A stretch of DNA of 64,000 bases from assembly GCF_000737315.1 (NCBI RefSeq), contig NZ_JMCB01000001.1, positions 930,001-994,000 of the forward strand. Direction: 5' to 3'. Source of the stretch: Hyalangium minutum (GTDB lineage Bacteria; Myxococcota; Myxococcia; Myxococcales; Myxococcaceae). The notes under the pieces were generated by a model. It was not told the DNA's origin. It did not search any database and saw nothing but the letters and a program-made list of their open reading frames with translations. Position numbers and translations under genes: made by a program. Every line of letters starts with the position of its first letter. The stretch's first letter is position 1. Below, one piece after another: positions 59,536-64,000 of this stretch.

Positions 59536-60894
59536 ATGGCTCTCGTACGGAATGCTCGTCTTGCGCTCTGCCTGCTCGTGATGCTGGGGCTCACTGGTTG
59601 CTCGGACGAGCCGATAGGGGATCCGCCCATCTGCGGGGTCAGCCCTGTCCCGTCCCCTGGCACCGGCCAGAGTTCGGGGCTGATGAAGGTAGGCCAGCGG
59701 TTCACCCTGCGCATCACGCCGGTGAATCCGTCGGTCTGCGGCGAGCCCACGCTGCCCACCTCCGTCACGGCTGAGATCGAAGGTCCCAGCGGCGAGCCCA
59801 TCGAAGGGCAGATCCAGCTGGGCGAGGCGACCGCTCCGGCCACCCTCCAGTTCACCCCGGTGCGGCCTGGCCCGCACCACATCCTCGTCGCCTTCTCTCA
59901 AGTGGGAGGCCTTCACCAGTTCGACTTTCACGCGGTGGTGGACAGCTCCCTCTCCGCGCCCAGCTACACCTTGAACAGGGCTTGCACCTCGCTGGAGCGC
60001 ACCCAGCAGGGCAGCTGGGTCTGTGGCACCACGGTGCTGCGCGGCGATACCCAGGTGGCCACCTTCCCCAACGCGCGCCTGGCCGTCGCCGGAGATGTCA
60101 TCTGGGTGCTGTCCAGCACGGCGCTCGAGCGCTACGTGGACACGGGCTCAGCCCTGGTCATGACGGGCTCGCTGAACCACTCGCAGGGCAATGCCACGTT
60201 CCTGCTGGCCTCGGCGGAGGAGCTGGCCGCTGTCCATGATGACTCCCTGGCGCTCTACACCTTCAGCGGCGGCACCCTGGCCTCCGCGGGCGTCACGCCC
60301 TGGACCCCTCCCGCTGCCTCGGTAGGCTTCGCAGGGGACCCTCACGGCCTGCTCCTGCGTGAAGGCAGCCAGTTCATCCTGGTGACTCGCCAGGCCGTCA
60401 ACTTCCAGTCCGTGATTCAAGCGTGCCCGTACCAGCTCGACTCGGGCAGGCTTCAGCGCACGCCGGAGACCTGTCTCCAGTTGGGGGGAGACGTGGTGGG
60501 CTTCGAGCCCCAGGTCCTCTGGACACGGGATCCGCCCTTCATGAGCGGCACCCGTCTCGAGCAGGGGAGCATCCACCGGTGGGAGTGGAGCGGCGGACGG
60601 CTCGTCGAGGCAGGCTCGGTGTCGCTGGGCGCCCAGGCCCTCCTCACCTTCCCACCGATGGTGACCCCCTCCGTCGTGCCGGCCATCTACGCGAACCAGT
60701 CCGGCAACTTCAGCGCTTCGCTCACCGCGGTGGCCTTCTGGTCCGCCGAGCGGCGGGCGATCCTCTTCGAGCACCTGGACGCGGAGGTGCACTCCCTCCG
60801 CGCCAGCCCCACCTTCTACTGGGGCAATATCTCCCCGTCGACCTCGCCCCCTCTCACGAAGATCCGCCTGCGCTCGCAAGCCCCTATCCCGTAA
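59536..60894 (+). CDS. hypothetical lipoprotein (Ig-like N-terminus, beta-rich C-terminus)
   Basis: LTGC lipobox; high GC3. Confidence 0.8.
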   Translation: MALVRNARLALCLLVMLGLTGCSDEPIGDPPICGVSPVPSPGTGQSSGLMKVGQRFTLRITPVNPSVCGEPTLPTSVTAEIEGPSGEPIEGQIQLGEATAPATLQFTPVRPGPHHILVAFSQVGGLHQFDFHAVVDSSLSAPSYTLNRACTSLERTQQGSWVCGTTVLRGDTQVATFPNARLAVAGDVIWVLSSTALERYVDTGSALVMTGSLNHSQGNATFLLASAEELAAVHDDSLALYTFSGGTLASAGVTPWTPPAASVGFAGDPHGLLLREGSQFILVTRQAVNFQSVIQACPYQLDSGRLQRTPETCLQLGGDVVGFEPQVLWTRDPPFMSGTRLEQGSIHRWEWSGGRLVEAGSVSLGAQALLTFPPMVTPSVVPAIYANQSGNFSASLTAVAFWSAERRAILFEHLDAEVHSLRASPTFYWGNISPSTSPPLTKIRLRSQAPIP

Positions 60895-60943
60895 TTCAGG
60901 AGAAGAGGAGCTCGGGCTGCGGGGTGACAGTCGTGGAGCGGCC

Positions 60944-61624
60944 CTATGAGTTCATGCGGATGAGATGGGTGCGGCTCATGGCGCGCATGTCATCGGCAAT
61001 GCCGGAGATCTCATCCATCGCCCGGCTGGCCTCGGTGTCCGAGCCCCTGGCGTTCGCGTCCGCAGGGGTGGCGCGCAGCCGCTCGCTGCGCTGGGCGATG
61101 AACTTGAGGATGTAGGCGCGCTCGGCCCCGGCATCCGCCCGAGCCTCATTGAGGCCATGTGCGCCGCCCTGCCCCGCCCGCTCCAGCAGGGCCTTCGCTT
61201 GCTGGAACTGCGCCTGGGGCATGTGTACCAGCGTCTGAGCTGCCAGCTCCGCCTGCGGCTGCACCAGGATGCCCTCGTGCCCCGTGGTCGTCGTGGCGCG
61301 TGGATCCGCCACCCCCTTGGCCAGCGCATGCCGGATCTCCGGCGGCAACCGCTGCGCGGCCCGAGGGCTCTCCTGGGCCATGTCGAGCACCCGCACATAG
61401 GTGCCGATGGCCGGCTTCGCGTTGGGAGTCGCCAGCACGTGCTGAAGCAGGAGGAGCTCGCGCTGGAGTTCGGCGCCGGTCAGGCTCTGGAGGTGCGTGG
61501 TGACGCGAGTGCGCTTCGCATCGGGCACGCCGGTGCGGCGGAGGGCGGCGTCGATCTGAACGAGGGGTTGCGACGCAGCGCTTACGGGACGTGGGCCTTT
61601 TGAAGTGTCGAAGCCATCGGCCAT
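60944..61624 (-). CDS. hypothetical helical protein (possibly truncated)
   Basis: ATG at 61624 with RBS AAGGAG; high-GC3 frame; no signal peptide. Confidence 0.65.
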   Translation of the reverse strand: MADGFDTSKGPRPVSAASQPLVQIDAALRRTGVPDAKRTRVTTHLQSLTGAELQRELLLLQHVLATPNAKPAIGTYVRVLDMAQESPRAAQRLPPEIRHALAKGVADPRATTTTGHEGILVQPQAELAAQTLVHMPQAQFQQAKALLERAGQGGAHGLNEARADAGAERAYILKFIAQRSERLRATPADANARGSDTEASRAMDEISGIADDMRAMSRTHLIRMNS

Positions 61625-61647
61625 GGCACGGACTCCTTGGGAGGAGG

Positions 61648-61698
61648 CTACCAGGGGCAGTCGAGGACTTCCACGGTGCGCGTCACCGGCGGGACCGT
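61648..61698 (-). pseudogene. last 16 codons of a third DUF5011/CPW surface-protein gene
   Basis: TVPPVTRTVEVLDCPW* compared with SAPPVTRTVNVVNCPW* (11734) and SATPITRTVDVVNCPW* (52420). Confidence 0.75.
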
Positions 61699-61706
61699 GT
61701 CCCCCC

Positions 61707-61732
61707 GAGGCGGCGGGAATCGAACCCGCCGC
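61707..61732 (-). repeat. tmRNA/tRNA 3'-end-like att site, copy 1
   Basis: Minus strand GCGGCGGG-TTCGATT-CCCGCCGC-CTC: a T-loop core with perfect 8-bp symmetric arms. Confidence 0.7.
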
Positions 61733-61959
61733 AGCGACCTCACTTCGGCGGGGGCGTGTTGAGGAACTGCTGCTCCCACACCGCTCAGTGCGCTGCCCCA
61801 CCTGCGCGAGGGAACGTTGGTGCGGCTCCAGGCGTTAGCGGTGCGCCCCAGTCCCGCCTCCTTCAATGGCACCCTCTCCACCCGGTGCACCGCCGTCACC
61901 CTCCTCCAGAGGGGCGAGCCTTGACCCACAGCCCTCCGCTTGATTGAAAGGACGTGGCC

Positions 61960-62877
61960 ATGCGTCTCCGAACTTGCAGCGCCCCCCTGGTACTGCTCCT
62001 GCTCTCGGCCTGCGCCACAATGGAGCCGACCCCGGGAGAGATGGAGCCCCCGAGTCCGAGATTCGCCAACCTTCAGCGCGCAGCCCAGTATCCCTGGACG
62101 GATGACGGGCATTGCGTAGTGCGAGAAGCTTCCAACGAATGGCCTGTCCTGGCGGAGCGGTGCTTTCACGCGCTCGATCACAAAAGAGTCAAGTTTCGCG
62201 ATGTTACCGGAAGGTGCGCCGTAGCCTCTACGGCGCTGGCTCCCGCAGCCGTGGCCCTCTGTGTCTTTGCGGCACCTGAGATCGTCGTCGGCGCAGTGAT
62301 TGTGGTGGGAGCCGTAGTGGTGGCTGCTGCCATCACAGAAGGGCTGGAGGCTTACGAACGGAACGCATCCCGTGAGCGTGCGAAGCAGACGACTCAGACA
62401 CGGCCATCCCATGCGGAGGAACCCGTGGCGAACGGCGAGCCCACGCCCAGAGGCTTGGGCCGGGATTGGTTTCCCCCAGAGCCGCCAGAATTGGAGCCGC
62501 ATGACCGCCGCCCCGAGTGCACTCCCAGACGGGTTCCTCCCAAGGGTGGACACCCCTTCCATAACAAGTGCGCTGACGCGATTCCTGGCAACGCCTTCCG
62601 TGGCGCCAACGCGCTCGTCAACGGCAAGGCTTTCGACGCGCTGCAACCTGCCACGCGAAGACTGTGGGAGGTCAAAACCACCGCCATTGAAACCTACAAT
62701 CCCTTCGTTCAGCAGATGGAACTCGCCCAGCAAGTAGAAGAAGGGCTACGAGAACGCGAACTTGCGGCGGCCTGCGGCTATGATTTTGCCATCGGCGTTC
62801 GTACCGAAGTGCACAAAAAGATGCTGGAGGAAGCAGAGCCCCGCCTCACTGTTGTTCTCATGCCGTGGTGCAAATGA
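61960..62877 (+). CDS. SitA-like lipoprotein toxin with C-terminal PD-(D/E)xK nuclease-like domain (DUF6310-type)
   Basis: LSAC lipobox, ANLQRAAQYPW...C..C N-terminal domain, hydrophobic segment, NGKAFDAL...LWEVKT; RBS GAAAGGA; low GC3. Confidence 0.8.
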   Translation: MRLRTCSAPLVLLLLSACATMEPTPGEMEPPSPRFANLQRAAQYPWTDDGHCVVREASNEWPVLAERCFHALDHKRVKFRDVTGRCAVASTALAPAAVALCVFAAPEIVVGAVIVVGAVVVAAAITEGLEAYERNASRERAKQTTQTRPSHAEEPVANGEPTPRGLGRDWFPPEPPELEPHDRRPECTPRRVPPKGGHPFHNKCADAIPGNAFRGANALVNGKAFDALQPATRRLWEVKTTAIETYNPFVQQMELAQQVEEGLRERELAAACGYDFAIGVRTEVHKKMLEEAEPRLTVVLMPWCK

Positions 62878-63632
62878 CGATGATGCAGAACACCCTCGGT
62901 ATCAAAGTCCACGCGCCTGCGCTCGTATGCGACGACAGCCGCCCTGTGGCTGTTGTCCATACCATGGAACGCGCGCTCCCCGGTTTGCGGCTGGAGTGGA
63001 CCGTCTCTGACGATCATCAAATCATCCATCTGCCGCAGCGCGATGCATGGCTCGCCCGGGCCAAGAAAAACGGAGGCTTTCCTCTCGTCTGCAACAATGA
63101 CGAGCATTACCCCGTGATGATCTCCGGGTTGGCACTTTCGGCAAGCTCTGGAGCAGGTGGCCAAGCGCAGCTTGACGTCCACGCCAAATTGCCACTGGAC
63201 GCGGGTGGCATCGCCGCGGCAGCGAATGTACTGGAGGGCATCGCAGAGAGTGCTCGTGCATTCTGGGGACAAGCGACGCCCTTCGAAACGGGTGTGGAGA
63301 TCTCGCGGCAGACGAGGGACCCGGTGCGTAAGCCGGGGGAACCGTCACGAGGGCTGCCAGCGCTCAAGCTCCCAGAGTCTCTGCGCTCGCCAGAGATTCC
63401 GTATCACCTGGGTTGGCTGAACTACTGGTCGGCCGCTACCGCAGAAGCCATTGGGTTCCCTGACCCTGCCCGCGACTTGGAGCTGCTCACGCGGGCGCGG
63501 CGCACGTCGTCGGGCGGATGGGTCGTGCAGCTCACCGATGCGCCGCTCGATCTCGACAACCCCGCGCACCTGGACACGCTGAAGCGGGCCTACGAGCGCT
63601 TCCCGGAGATCGGCGGGCGCGCGGCACGGTGA
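62874..63632 (+). CDS. cognate immunity protein (DUF5953-type)
   Basis: ATGA coupling to the toxin; LGWLNYWS...IGFPDPARD...GGWVVQLTDAPLDLDNPAHL...YERFPEIGGR. Confidence 0.8.
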   Translation: MTMMQNTLGIKVHAPALVCDDSRPVAVVHTMERALPGLRLEWTVSDDHQIIHLPQRDAWLARAKKNGGFPLVCNNDEHYPVMISGLALSASSGAGGQAQLDVHAKLPLDAGGIAAAANVLEGIAESARAFWGQATPFETGVEISRQTRDPVRKPGEPSRGLPALKLPESLRSPEIPYHLGWLNYWSAATAEAIGFPDPARDLELLTRARRTSSGGWVVQLTDAPLDLDNPAHLDTLKRAYERFPEIGGRAAR

Positions 63633-63672
63633 CCGATTGGCAGCCGAGGCAATAGCGGCGGGTTGCTCTGCT

Positions 63673-63700
63673 TGGAGGCGGCGGCAATCGAACCCGCCGC
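63673..63700 (-). repeat. tmRNA/tRNA 3'-end-like att site, copy 2
   Basis: Minus strand GCGGCGGG-TTCGATT-GCCGCCGC-CTCCA; 25/26 identical to copy 1, same orientation, 1968 bp away. Confidence 0.7.
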
Positions 63701-63788
63701 TTTTGAGCGGAGACGCCTGGGTTGGATCTCCATCGAACTGTGTCCGGCTCCCACCTGGGAACAGGGAGCCGGCACGGGACGGCGCCGC

Positions 63789-63998
63789 TCAGGCCGTCGT
63801 GATGGAGGCGGCGCCCTGCCCGAGACGACGGGGGCGCCGCAAGCCCAGCTCAACCAGGGCTTCGCCCGCCTGGGCCTTCAGGCTCTTCAGCTCGGCTGCT
63901 GCCTCACTCTGGCCGAATTGCCCCGAGAGCCATCGGCGCAGGTCCGTCTCCAGCTCCCCTGCTGTCTGGTAACGCGCGGCCTTCGAGCGCTGAAAGAG
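63789..63998 (-). CDS. C-terminal end of a Ser/Thr protein kinase-like gene (runs off the window)
   Basis: Frame not in the ORF track: LFQRSKAARYQTAGELETDLRRWLSGQ...ELGLRRPRR...TTA*; the R-YQTA-EL motif resembles kinase subdomain XI. Confidence 0.6.
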   Translation of the reverse strand, partial: LFQRSKAARYQTAGELETDLRRWLSGQFGQSEAAAELKSLKAQAGEALVELGLRRPRRLGQGAASITTA

Positions 63999-64000
63999 CT

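Noticed and set aside
61648-62733. 361-aa minus-strand ORF as a real gene
   Set aside because: It is mostly antisense to the toxin gene. Only its last ~16 codons are meaningful (the CPW remnant reported separately).
61707-63700. Calling the repeats intact tRNA or tmRNA genes
   Set aside because: Only the T-arm and 3' acceptor strand are present. There is no D-arm, anticodon arm or 5' acceptor strand, and no tmRNA tag frame was seen.
63801-63814. Third partial tggaggcggcg match
   Set aside because: It lies within the kinase coding end, lacks the T-loop core and second arm, and is plausibly a chance match in high-GC DNA.

Overview
This window is a high-GC myxobacterial (Cystobacterineae-like) chromosomal segment with about 45 genes and no rRNA, intact tRNA or CRISPR array. 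Housekeeping and metabolic genes (thiolase, enoyl-CoA hydratase, Lrp plus aminotransferase, amino-acid ABC transporter, MFS, YgiQ radical SAM, D-amino-acid oxidase, M4 peptidase, GH13 amylase, P450) are interleaved with many secreted or lipoprotein repeat proteins and several accessory modules. The most notable items are: (1) a SitA-like lipoprotein nuclease-toxin/immunity pair bracketed by two 26-bp direct repeats that mimic the tmRNA T-arm/3' end, the left one fused to the last 16 codons of a destroyed surface-protein gene, which suggests an integron-like toxin cassette; (2) a 2143-aa nucleosidase(PNP)-NACHT-HEAT NLR-like protein, a candidate antiphage system; (3) a low-GC3 membrane protein/heme-oxygenase-like diiron oxidase/cupin operon resembling a split SznF; (4) a putative pore-forming effector/DUF1795 chaperone/helical protein operon. 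Several pseudogene remnants missed by the ORF track are also described. All family assignments come from reading motifs by eye; no database searches were run.
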